A stretch of DNA of 64,000 bases from Patellaria atrata CBS 101060 (lineage: Eukaryota), in contig MU006089.1 in assembly GCA_010093705.1 (NCBI GenBank), positions 229,570-293,569 on the forward strand, written 5' to 3'. Position numbers and translations under genes: made by a program. Numbering within the stretch: the first letter of the stretch is position 1; the number at the start of each line of letters is the position of its first letter. Below are positions 9,510 to 21,013 of the stretch, in pieces. The notes beneath the pieces were generated by a model that was given only the letters and a program-made list of their open reading frames with translations, was not told the origin of the DNA and did no database searches.

Positions 9510-11150
9510 TCATTCAATTTTACTGCTTGCTTTCGACCCGTACCTCCGTTCGTAGTCATCGTTGACCGCTTGAATTGCTGCAGCTGCACCATCCCACTTT
9601 TTCCGCTTCCCATCAAAGAGCCTCAATATATGAGGTGAATCTACACCCCCCATGAGCAGATTGCACTGAGACGGATTTTTCAACCAATACCACCAGCCTC
9701 GCCAGCCGTATCCCAAGTTCTCATTAACCCCGGTTCCTGCGGCATCGTTGAGAAATCTACGCCATCGTTCTTCGTGGACCTTGTATAGCGAAGCATTACG
9801 CTCGTTCGGTACCACTTTCCTAAGCCACGTATAATGATCGTCTATAGCTCTATTCATCTCCTCTTCCGCCGGAAGGGAACTAGCACCTTTCCATATTTGT
9901 GTGATTGCCATGCAGCAGAGATCGCCGGCTTCGCAGATACCGGTTGGAAGCTGCCAGCTGTCCAAAAATGCCAGGGAATGCGCATACGCCGGTGGAAAGA
10001 TGTTCTGGTATAAACGCGGTAAACCTCCTTTGTTCTCACTGTGTAGAGCGCCAGTCCGGATGTTAGTGACGAGAGATGTGTCGGTGGTGTATCCGGTACA
10101 AGCGATGATACAATCCACCTTAATGCACGATCCGTCATCAAGTTCTACATTCTTATCATCAACGATGCGCTTGAGGTTCGCAACGGACTTGACGTCCCCT
10201 CGCTGCAGTGCTGGCATGAATGTATCTGACAACATCACCTGTAGAGAAGCTCGAGACGCTGCTGGTCTCATGCGCCACTTTGGGTCCGGTGGACAGCTGG
10301 AATCGCTCAGCTTAGCGAGCTGGGTTTCCATCATGTTGTCAGTCCATCCGGGGGCCACAACCATGAGCATCTCCAAGATAGCATCGAGTCTCCGGTTCCG
10401 TATCTGATCGGCAGGTTTGCCATTTGTGATCCTGGGTATGGCGTATGCTCCTCGCCGGTGCGCTACATAGATATCCTTCGCTATTCCTACGAGATCGGTG
10501 GATATATCTCCAGCTGAGTTGCCAATTCCCAGAACTAGAACAGTCTTGCCTCGATAGGACTCGGGGCCTTTGTACGCGCTTGCATGAGTGATTCTGTCTG
10601 GGCCAAAGAACCCTACCCCTGAAATGATCGGAGGAGTGCGTTGACATTGCTTGCCAGTACAAATTAGAACTTTATCAAAATAGTGCTCTTCTGTTAATGA
10701 GTCATCTGTGTTGCTGCTCGTTGCTGAGTGATGAACTTTAACCGTCCATCCTGATTGATTAATTTGTTGATTTTCTCCCTTGGATTCGCGAGCTTTCACC
10801 TCCAGGACTTCCGTGTTGAATTGTATCCTCGATGTTAAATTGAATGCTTGGGCGTAATCTTGTAGGTATTCCAGGAATTGAGGCTGGGTCATATACGGCG
10901 GGTACTTTTCATCGAAAGGGAAGTCGCTAAAGCAGTTTCTGTACTTGCTGATGTTGAGTATCGTTGTTTTACTGACGGTTGTGATATTCGGATCATCGGA
11001 ATATGCCCACAGGCCCCCAAGAACATCCCTACGTTCAAAAATCGTTGCATCAAAGTCCTCTTCCAAAAAGTTTTTGAGTGCGCAGAGCCCGAGAGGCCCG
11101 GCGCCGATTACTGCGACTCGGGTGCTCGGCTGAGCTTTTTCGCTAGACAT
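9510..11150 (-). CDS. Flavin-containing monooxygenase (class B, dimethylaniline monooxygenase-like), intronless
   Basis: FAD motif GAGPLG, FMO-signature-like FFGPDRITHASAYK, NADPH motif GIGNSA, ACTGY. First ATG at 11150. Confidence 0.93.
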   Translation of the reverse strand: MSSEKAQPSTRVAVIGAGPLGLCALKNFLEEDFDATIFERRDVLGGLWAYSDDPNITTVSKTTILNISKYRNCFSDFPFDEKYPPYMTQPQFLEYLQDYAQAFNLTSRIQFNTEVLEVKARESKGENQQINQSGWTVKVHHSATSSNTDDSLTEEHYFDKVLICTGKQCQRTPPIISGVGFFGPDRITHASAYKGPESYRGKTVLVLGIGNSAGDISTDLVGIAKDIYVAHRRGAYAIPRITNGKPADQIRNRRLDAILEMLMVVAPGWTDNMMETQLAKLSDSSCPPDPKWRMRPAASRASLQVMLSDTFMPALQRGDVKSVANLKRIVDDKNVELDDGSCIKVDCIIACTGYTTDTSLVTNIRTGALHSENKGGLPRLYQNIFPPAYAHSLAFLDSWQLPTGICEAGDLCCMAITQIWKGASSLPAEEEMNRAIDDHYTWLRKVVPNERNASLYKVHEERWRRFLNDAAGTGVNENLGYGWRGWWYWLKNPSQCNLLMGGVDSPHILRLFDGKRKKWDGAAAAIQAVNDDYERRYGSKASSKIE

Positions 11151-11832
11151 GGCATCAAAAGTCTTCCAAGTCACAGGCCTTTTACAGTATCTAAGTGAAA
11201 AGTCTATCGATGAGTATTGTTCTAAGCAGTTGTATATCGTAAAGATGAAAGGTTTGCAAAGTTCGAGAGAAGTTCAACTGTGAGCAGTAATAAAAGATTT
11301 TCTATTTAAGCACTATTAGGTCTAGAGCGAAAGGGATCACTTGGTCAGTAAGGCTGTGCCGGTGTCTCAGCGTGACTTTAGCGATATCACACTAAAAAGT
11401 GTTGGTTGTATAGTATGTACAGTACAATGCACCCGAATAGGATTATCTGCATTCTGTCCCCATCCAATCATTGAGAATACTTTCCCATGGTCCAACACAG
11501 AGCTGATGCAAGATGGGTACGAAAATCTGCACTACTGTGGCCCATTCGATTCGAATCTACCACGCCGTTAGCGAACACAGGGAACCAAAGTCATGTTCGA
11601 TAGGATCATGGTGGGAATTTCAAGCGGATCAGCGATGGTTGAACGGCGATTCACCCAAGTGATGCCTCCATCGTGCGTATAGCAGAGATCTTAATGCTTC
11701 GAATAGCTCCATTGATAGGCCACTGTTTTCATTTCTCTTAGAACCTGTAAATACAGAGGCGCTGCCAAACATGATGCGCCAGACCCGATGCTAAACCCCC
11801 ATCGTGTTTCATTTCCCCGCAATCTGAATCGT

Positions 11833-12551
11833 TCATCTGACGATGCCCTCGAATCGGTTCTTGTACCATTTAATGGTTTCGGCCTGGTTGATACGGTGGG
11901 AAGCACCGATTCTGCTCTTGCATCGTCTCCTCTTTGATACGCGCTCTCCAGGACGAGTCCTTACACAAGTGTCAGTATATGTTTTACGACACTCGCCATT
12001 CCGTTGCACTCACATGCAGCAGTAGAAATCCATGCCGTAGATTCCAATAGCGGGATCATACTTGATTCCTAGATCAATATGTTCGCTAATTCCGAAGCCG
12101 AAGTTGCCCGTCTCACTGAAGTTTCGCTTGCGCAGTTCGTACTCCTTGACTTTCAGACCACGCTCAAGGATTTCCTCCGCTTTGGGTCCACGGACAGTGA
12201 CATGCACAGCAATTTTTTCGTTACGACGGATACCGAAAGTACGGACAGTGTATCGAGCCTTGCCTGTAGGAGGGGCAATGGTTAGTCGACCGTGCTTAAG
12301 AGGATCAAAATGTTAAGCAGCGCAAGGGGAGATAAGCACGCACTGTAGACTGGAGTTTGACCACTCAATTGTTCGAGCACCTTTGCAGCACGAGTAAGTC
12401 TGTCACCAGATTCACCGACAGAGATGTTGAGGACGAGCTTCTGGATGCGAAGCTCCCTCATGGGGTTGCTGCTCTTGTCTTTGCCTTCAGCCTATCGTGT
12501 ATGTTAGAGCTTGGGATCGTAAATATATGTAAGTGATATTAGTTTTACCAT
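11833..12551 (-). CDS. RPL11: 60S ribosomal protein L11 (uL5); 3 introns, first coding exon is the ATG alone
   Basis: [79 protein letters not shown]. Confidence 0.97.
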
Positions 12552-12824
12552 TGTGCAAAATGTGGTTTGTCGGCAGTTGTTGTATCTCTGTCCTGGCGCG
12601 GTGGTATACAGAAACAAATTTGGGGGAGGAGAATGGTGCGGATCTCGCTACAAGCCTTGGCATCTGCAGAGCCTCAATATCAACCTTAGCTTCGAAGTCG
12701 AGCTCCGTCCACCCCACAAGAGTTCTCATATTCTCCACGTCCACACTTCGCAATACAAATACTGTTGTTATTCATCTTAATCCTGTTCTAGGAAAGGTCG
12801 TTTTTCGACACGCCGTATGTAAGC

Positions 12825-13825
12825 ATGGCGGCGAACAAGCAGGGCAAGATGGTCAGTCTCACATTCCATTCTATCTCTAGCATCACTAGAATTGTTCGTT
12901 GACGATAGTAGCTGACTTCGGAAACTCCAGCAAAACCTCGTGAGCGGTCCTTCATTCTATATCTCTATAGCGACAACTTGATTCGCATAACATCCAATCC
13001 TAACGATTTCCTAGGTTAATTATCGGATGAGAGCTACTCTCAATGACGGCAGACAGATGGCGGGTCAGATGCTTGCATTCGATAAAGTATGTTAGATTCT
13101 ACATATGCTATTTTATTATACTAACAGGAGCATCAGCACATGAACCTCGTCCTCGCTGATACGGAAGAATTCCGTCGCGTCAAGCGTAAACCACAGAAAG
13201 GCGCAAGTGCTCCTGGTGCAGCATCTGCCCCATTAGTTGAGAGTGAAGAGAAACGAACCCTTGGCCTTACCATTGTACGGGGCGCTCAGATCATCTCGCT
13301 CTCTGTCGACGGCCCACCGCCAGCGGATCCATCTGCACGATTAGGCGCAGCAGCGCCAAGCGGGAGTGCGACTGTAGCTGCAACATTAGCTGCCGGTCCC
13401 GGAATAAGTAAACCAGCAGGGCGTGGCCTACCGGTCGGGTTGACAGGACCCGCTGCCGGCGTAGGCGGGCCCGGACCAGCTGGTTTCGGGGCAGGTTTCC
13501 CACCACCACCGGGATTTCCAGGTGCTGGTGGACCACCAGGCTTCGGAAGAGGTGGCCCTCCCGGAGGCGGACCACGTAAGATCTCTTAGAATAAATGCAG
13601 CCCCTAGGTTTCCGTGCTAATTTCTATTGTAGCTGGGGGCTTCCCACCTCAAGGTTTCCCACCTGGTCAAGGAGGACCACGTAGGTTTACTTTTCTCCCA
13701 TATTTTCTCCCATATAGCACGCACCCGCTGATCATCTTATAGCTGGTAGTTTCCAACAACCACCACCGGGTTTTCAACCTCCTGGCGGAGGACGGGGTTT
13801 TCCTCCAGGCTTTGGTGGCAGATAA
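12825..13825 (+). CDS. SMB1: Small nuclear ribonucleoprotein SmB; 5 introns including a 9-nt micro-exon (12931-12939)
   Basis: MAANKQGKM-QNL-VNYRMRATLNDGRQMAGQMLAFDK-HMNLVLADTEEFRR...EEKRTLGLTIVRG, followed by a Pro/Gly-rich tail. Divergent from RPL11 across 273 bp. Confidence 0.95.
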
Positions 13826-14414
13826 TGTCCGCATGGGCTAAGCCTAAGCCTGGAAATTCAAAAGCAGCCGAGCATCTATGCTCGAGTGTGCTTTATACAT
13901 ATAGCACCCTCCTAGATGGGATTTGAAAAGGTTGAAGCTACAATAAGTTTTATGTGCTTATTAGTGAGTACGTGACGTGAGGTGACATAGTCATGGGGGG
14001 GGGAATCAATCGGGACTTGGGAGAAAATATTGGCGGAATCTGCGAAACCTGGAAAATTCCATGTCGGTTGACGCCTTGATGGTAGCATAGCGAGATATTG
14101 AAGTTAAAATGATACCCTGTGCCATCCGATTCGTTCTTGAACGATTACTTCCTTTAGCCTAGGAAATGAGATATTATTGCGAAAGATGTTGTAGCTCCAA
14201 ATGCAGTTATAGTTGTCGGTTGAAGTCTCGGACCGCAACCCTGCCAAACTCCGATCGCCGGCCCCAATAATCCCTAAGCCATTCCTAAGCTTGACGACTT
14301 CACCTTACTTTGTACCTTGCGAGCTTGATACCTTCTTGAAATCAGCAAGTTCGTCACGCCTTTAAAAACATCTTCTACGAGCACTTACGGAAAGGAAAGG
14401 TGAGACGTAGAACA

Positions 14415-15178
14415 ATGGCGGCTGCGATAAAGGCGATCAATGCGAAGATTCGCGCAAACCCGGTGTCAAACTATGTCTGCTCGACTCGTGAGTGCGGCCC
14501 ATATTCCACCCATACAGGATATTGTTGGAGGACTAGATAGCATCGAGAAAATCGGGCGCATTAGAAGACTGCTAACGTTGAGATCTCTCGCTCAGACTTT
14601 TGGGGCCCAGTCTCGAACTTCGGTATTCCCGTAGCGGCCATAATGGACACGCAGAAAGACCCCGAGATGTACGAAAATATCTATCATATGTTATACTTCA
14701 TAATCATATCCTATACCTACAACATTCACCTGACTGGCTGTTGTTGAGATTTGTCTTAGACACGCACATCTCCCCACCACTTCTCTCAACACAATGTAAG
14801 AGACAACTTTGCTGACACAAACTACAGTATCTCCGGCCGCATGACCGGCGCTTTAGCAATCTATTCAGCAGTCTTCATGAGATACTCTGTCGCGGTCACA
14901 CCTAAGAACTATCTACTCTTCGGATGTCACTTCATCAATTGCGGTTCACAGTTGATCCAAGGATACAGATACCTACAGTACTGGAAGTGAGTAGTAACCC
15001 TAATATAGCAGCGAAGATCTTTGTGACCCTAAGGATGATCTATGTTTGTCCATAAGGGCTGACATATGATAGTTTCGGCGGACGGGAACAGACCCTCAAG
15101 GGGATGGGAAAGGAAGGAGCATCGAAGGTGGAGGACAAGGCGAAAAATGTTGCTGAAAAGGTGTTAAGGCAGAAATGA
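14415..15178 (+). CDS. MPC1: Mitochondrial pyruvate carrier 1; 3 introns
   Basis: Spliced [39 protein letters not shown]...FMRYSVAVTPKNYLLFGCHFIN. Not present in the ORF track. Confidence 0.94.
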
Positions 15179-15545
15179 CCAATAGATGAGGGAAAGAGCG
15201 GAGGATTCGAACAAACGAACTGGGATGATCTTGGATTCGATGCAGATACCACATTCAGTCCCAAGGCGCACTGTACGGTACACCTGCGGAAGGCCGAGAA
15301 CTGATTTATCCATTCTGATCTTCAAGTTATACAGTAAAATCTTTTAAGGATACATCGACATCGTGTTCCTCGGTTCCATCCGTCTGTACAGAACTTTTGT
15401 GCTGGTATCATCGAACGAAAGCCACTTTTTCCTCTACCAACCCGAAAAGCATTTTATACTACAATCTGTACAAAAATTAAAGATTTGAAAACTTCAAACT
15501 TCTATGCTCGTGTTGAGACGGGCAATGTATGCTTTGACCTGCTCA

Positions 15546-18198
15546 CTAATGGTGGAATAGCCTAATGTGCTGTTCCACGAACGTGATACCTAGTTTCTCA
15601 GCCGTGGAGAATACGGCCTGATCGTTCTGGCTACCGGTAGGCGCAGCTATGTATTTGACCCCTGAACGAGCAGCTCTGAAGACGTTGTCGATGAATGGGA
15701 ACTATTACCAACGTTAGTGTCAAAAATCGTCCATTGGCTCTTAATTAAGGGATGACACAAAATACTTACGAAAGCATCTGAACTGCAGGCTACTTCGGAG
15801 ACGTTGTTGAGCCATTCTTCGCGTTCGGTGTCAGTGAACGGTGTGGGCACGTAGCCTTCCTCAAAATTCTTTTCGTAGTCGTCCCTTTCGATACCCGATT
15901 TAGGTAGCTGTTACATTTGAAACAAGGTAATTAGACCCATATTCAGCGCAGTCCTCAACAGGAAATACTTACGGAGCCACTGCAAAGCATATCAATCGCA
16001 TTTGCCTTATCAGCTCTCTTGATACCTTTCCTCCATTTAAGATCTAGAGTCCGCGGGTTGAAGCGCATCCACCAGTTGTCGGCCTTATCACCTGCCAATC
16101 GAGTGCAGTGAATCCGAGCTTGAGAAAGATGAGCGATAGACACCAATACATTAGAAGAGAGTGACTCACACTGCTGTCCAGCACCTAACCCGACCACTTG
16201 TCCATTGAGAGCATAACAGACTGAGTTTGATTGAGTATATTTGAGCGCAATAGTCGCAACCGTGAGATCTCTCAGCGCGGACTCTTTCAGCGGCCCTGAA
16301 TTCTGAGGCACAATGATATCGCCAAATGTGTCCACTGGAGAAATTCTTGCGTCGTTGCGCTGCTGGGTCAAATATATCCCGTATGCCATCCTAGTCTCTT
16401 GCGTGGGCGGCTCATACTCTGGATCAATCTGTAAAATCAGATACTTGCCACCTTTTTTCCTCTTGAGGATCTCCAAAGCCTCTGGCGCATACCCTGGAGC
16501 AATTATCCCGTCTGAAACTTCCCGGCTGATGATCTTAGCAGTGGTCACGTCAACTTCATGAGAAAGCGCTATCATATCCCCAAAGCTAGACATGCGATCG
16601 GCACCCCTAGCACGGGCATATGCTTGTGCTAACGGGGAGTTTTCGAGACCTTCGATATCATCAACCATGTATACTTTTCTCTCTACCTCTGATAGCTTTA
16701 CGTCTATCGCCGCACCTGCTGGTGAAACTGCGAACATATACTATAAGTATTATATTTTCCAACACAATCTGAGGTCTACCTACCGTGTTTGAAACTAGCA
16801 GCGGCAGCATGGCCGGGAAACGCTTGACTAAGTTCCTTAACGAGAGGCCACGCGTTGAGCTATACATGTTAGAGAGATACTATCGTAGGCAGGAGAGCAA
16901 ATATACCGCATCGAGGAGATTGATGTACCCTGGTGCACCGCATAACGTTCGAAAGGGAAGTTTCGCATCTTTCATGTATGCCGCGGCTGGCTTTTGGTGA
17001 GGGTTTGCTCCATATCTGGAAGGAAGGGTTAGCTTGAACACTGCATAAAACACAACAAGTGAACAAGATCTACCTTAGTGAAATCTGTTGCTTGCCATCT
17101 CCCGTGGAGTATTGACGTCGGAAGAAGTCGGATATCGCATTGTCGTAATCTGCGGTATGCTCAAAAGCTTTGAGGGCATATAGTTGTCGCAGATCCTGTG
17201 AGACTTCTCCATCCTCGATGGCGGTAAGGAAGTCATGGTATTGAGAAGGATGAGTAAGAACTGATACTCGCAAATGGTTCTTTGCAGCAGCTCTTAAGAG
17301 GGTAACACCTTTTGCCCATGGTTAGAATAATAGAGTGTAAAAGAACGGTCGAGATCATACCGCCAATGTCAATTTCCTCTACCGCTTCCGGTATTGTGAC
17401 ATTGATCTTTGCAACCGTTTCCTTGAAAGGGTCTATAAAGTATAAGGACTTTGTCTGGGAGGGGAAGCTGGGACAGACTGACACAAATTGCAAATGACAT
17501 AGTCGATCTTAGAGATATGTTCCCGCAGAAGATCTTCCTATACTTGGGCATCAGTAAATGCATTAGATAATTTAAGAATCAATCTGACCTCGTCGGCGGG
17601 TAAGTCTCGGGCGAGAATGCCAGCATGAACCTACACATATCAGCCGTGTTCTACGTAGGCAGATGATTGCAATTACGGCAGCTGTATTGTGTTAGTAGTT
17701 GCTATGATATGGATTTCATGGGGAGATTCAACCTACGGTGGAGGGACTTCACGCGTCCATTCAGCATTTCAGGGGCTAAGGCTTTGTCAGCTCCAATATG
17801 TTATTCCAGTTACAGAAAGCACATTTCACCCTTGGTAATTGAGGATATATCATCCACTGGAAAGCCAGCCTCGCGTATCATTTTGGCAGTACCGCCAGAA
17901 GCAAGCATTCTGATCCCATTGTCAACTGACTGGAGATGCAACAGAGGAATTTGCTTATAACAGAGTAGATTCAATCATACCGAACTCCATTCTTCTCGAG
18001 ACCTTTGGCAAGATCTAAATAATCCCTAAAGCATCAGCATGGAAGCATCAAGACCGGTATCGGAGACCGCACCTAAAATGCCTTCCTTGTTATAAACACT
18101 CAGGATGGCTGTAGAAGTGGTGTCAGACGGCGACTAAGATGAAAATTCACTGCATACAACTCCATACCGATCTTCTGTGAATCCCCAGATGCCATCAT
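15546..18198 (-). CDS. ADE17: Bifunctional AICAR transformylase/IMP cyclohydrolase (PurH/Ade16/Ade17); 15 introns
   Basis: [97 protein letters not shown]; ends RLFHH*. Start ATG at 18198 or 18195. Confidence 0.96.
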
Positions 18199-19176
18199 GA
18201 GCTTTTGATACTCCGAATTCTTCGATGTAGAGTTTGGAGGGGTATACGGTAAGAATTTCTAGATCTATAAAATGTTTTTGATACCCCTCGATTGGGCCAA
18301 GGGGCGTCATCATAGTGCAATGGAAGGGGGCCAAGGGGGGCACATCTAATTCTCCAAGCTAGGCCTTGACAGCGGTTGTATCTCGGCATTGACCCTGAAA
18401 ATCCAGTACTTAAAATTCATTTTCTCTCCCAATTTTCCTTTTCTTCTTATGAACAACGCAAATTTCTAACACTCACTAAAAGCATTTTCGATCGAGGAGC
18501 CCGTCATTCCTAACGGATTGACGTGAGGCTCCCATGAGCCCGAGAACCGTCATGATGAGTGAAGATAGAAGTTGACTGATCTTGGGTGCGGTGCCTTCTC
18601 CTTCCATGGAAGGGGCTGCAATGATCGGTCGTACATTCAAACGTTTTAATACTGTCCTTGGTTGTCTGAGATACAGTAGGAACTTCATATGATATTCGAC
18701 AGTATCTCATGAATGCTCCTCTTACACCCGCCTTCTTTCGATTCAGTGTTCACATGGGCCTGAAAGTTCTTTGGTCGTCTACGCTAGACCCAAACCATGT
18801 CTGATGAGATATAGCAGAAGCTATGTTTTGGGGGAAATAACGCCCTTTGAAAGTTCGTGATGCAACCTGTATGACTGTTATAAGTTTTATCAGCGGAGAC
18901 GATGCAGAAAATCCATACTATACACTCTTCTTACCCTAGGAAAGCACAAGAATACGCCCAAAGGAACCTATGAGAGTCTCATAATCTCATGTGTAGTATC
19001 TATATCTTACTGCCTGGCCAAAACCACTCGTTCATTTGCATAACCCGCTCTATATTATACAATGAGTTGTGTATAGTACATATAGTAAAACCGACGGCCA
19101 ACCAAAACGCTGTATGCAATGCTCAAGGCCACTGCATTATGTTCATTCACACTATTTTTACACGGTCCATCTGAGT

Positions 19177-20291
19177 TCAGCGTCTGTTGGATCGGAAACT
19201 TTGTGGCATCTTTCCTATATTCCCCGCACCCTCCTCCACTGCAGCCCAATTAATTCTATCCCACCAGTTCTCCAAGTACTTCATCCTATCCTTGACGCCG
19301 TAATCTCTTATGTAAACGTGCTCCCAGGTGTTTACACATAATATTGGTGTGACGTCCGCACCTCCGGGGGGTAGTCTGGTTCCTACTTTTGTTGCGTATG
19401 GACCAGTAATGCCGGCTGTATTCTGCACTTGTGTCTGCTGACGCACGTAGTCTGGGTTGGACAGACTGAGACCCCCTTGGGCACTGCTGGGGAGAGGCCC
19501 GGTGGTATTCATATCTAGTGGTTGCTGTCTGTAGTGTGCCCCAGACAACGGACTGCCAGCAATGTATGTATTCAAAATCTTGAATTTGGCACCCTCTTCC
19601 TTCGTATATGATTTTACTAGCCATACGAATCCGGGCCCAAACATGGAGTCAGCGGTACCGAGGAAGGTGTCGCGAAGGGTCTCCATTGAAGAAAAGGAAT
19701 CAAGAAGCGCGGATACGAATGTTGAGCTTGGCGGAGTGGGAGTTGTTTTGTTCGAGAGACAGTTAAAGAAGAAATGATTGTTATGCGCCATACTTGCGGC
19801 ATTAAATAGGGGGGCTAGGTTAGGATCGCGTGCGGATTTTATGATGAGCGTCTTGATCGAAGCGTTCTCCAGTTGGGTGCCTGTGAGGATACGGATTAGC
19901 AACTAGGAGATGCAATGAAGCTACCATCTGATAAATCTTTCGGACGAGGATGGAAAGTATTGGTGTTAAACATGGTCATTCGTACCACTCGTGAGCCTAT
20001 CCAACTTTTCGAGCATGAATGATTGGTATTGTGACCACGCAATCTGAACGCCATCCGACGACATGAAGCCAGGATATCCGTTTCGCAGAACCTCATCTTC
20101 GTCTGCTAGATTTGGCATTATATGACGGTATCTCCGCTGGTATAAATCTACTACACCGGGGCGACATCTCTGTTGATGGAATTAGCATAGGTGCTGAGGA
20201 TCGAACTGATGACGGGATGGTGGTTTCTTACTGGGGTTTGGGATACAGCTCGCCATAGTGTGGTCGGCCGTGATAAGGATTGTAATATCAT
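19177..20291 (-). CDS. Fe/Mn-SOD-fold mitochondrial small-subunit ribosomal protein (Rsm26/Mrp1, mS42/mS43 family); 2 introns
   Basis: Arg-rich presequence; IAWSQYQSFMLEKLDRL; LFNAASMAHNNHFFFNCL; FGPGFVWLV; PILCVNTWEHVYIRDYG. The DxWEH metal-ligand Asp of true SODs is replaced by Asn. Confidence 0.85.
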
Positions 20292-21013
20292 ATCTGGACT
20301 ATGAGGTACGCGTGGTTGGCATTCGGTCGTCGAAAAATAAAAATCTCTGTGAGAGTGAGGATCTGCCCTGAGGTCTCTTAGAACTAGATCTAAGGCGCCG
20401 ATGACCAATGAAGATACGCGCCTCGACCTCAACTGAAACTCGGAGCCGCCCAGCGTCTCGTCTCACGTCCAAAATTGTATCTCAAGAGCCTCAAGAGCCT
20501 CGAAAAACTCTTCATCTCTCTTAAAATGTTGCTGTAAACATGCTAAGTTTGCATAGCCCCCCGAAGAGTACAAGGTGCTAGTCAGATGGGACATCTGCTA
20601 ATGTACATCCTTTCAAGGTCGCCGTTTTGTCGACCATCCGGCGCGTGTAGATGATATTTCCATAAAACTCTCTGACACTTGTGCCCACGGTAGAGGAAAC
20701 ATTGAGCATGTGGGGTGAGTAAACGCCGAAGAGTCATAATTACAGCCTTACAGTCTTCATTGTTTCTATAATTGTCTGCTTCTTTCCTCTCACTGTTTCG
20801 TTTATCATTTCAACTCCTTCCATTCAAATTGACCAGATCCCCTGGCCACGCGCGTACGTTCAAGTGACTTCGAACTCGAACTTTGCCAGCATCTCTCTTT
20901 CTCGTCATATGTGCATGACATTTTCCATAAGCCGACTCTGAGTCACTATCTCCCAGGACTTCAACCCTCTCCCACTTTTCAAATCTATCCTAACTTCGTT
21001 CTTCTTTATCAAC

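Noticed and set aside
18533..18711. Superficial resemblance to a fungal TPP riboswitch (CATGAGCC...CTGAGATAC...AACTT...TCATG)
   Set aside because: It lacks the conserved TGAT...TAAT...AGCG..AGG pyrophosphate-binding arm and is not in an intron of a thiamine gene.
18651..18801. U14-like 3' end (TCCTTGGTTGTCTGAG) and snR30/U17-like AAACCAT
   Set aside because: The U14 guide is mismatched and domain A (CATTCGCAG) is absent. The snR30 m1 motif and a correctly placed ACA box are also absent.
19177..20291. Fe/Mn superoxide dismutase
   Set aside because: The metal ligands are incomplete (NTWEH instead of DxWEH), which fits the non-catalytic mitoribosomal SOD-fold proteins.
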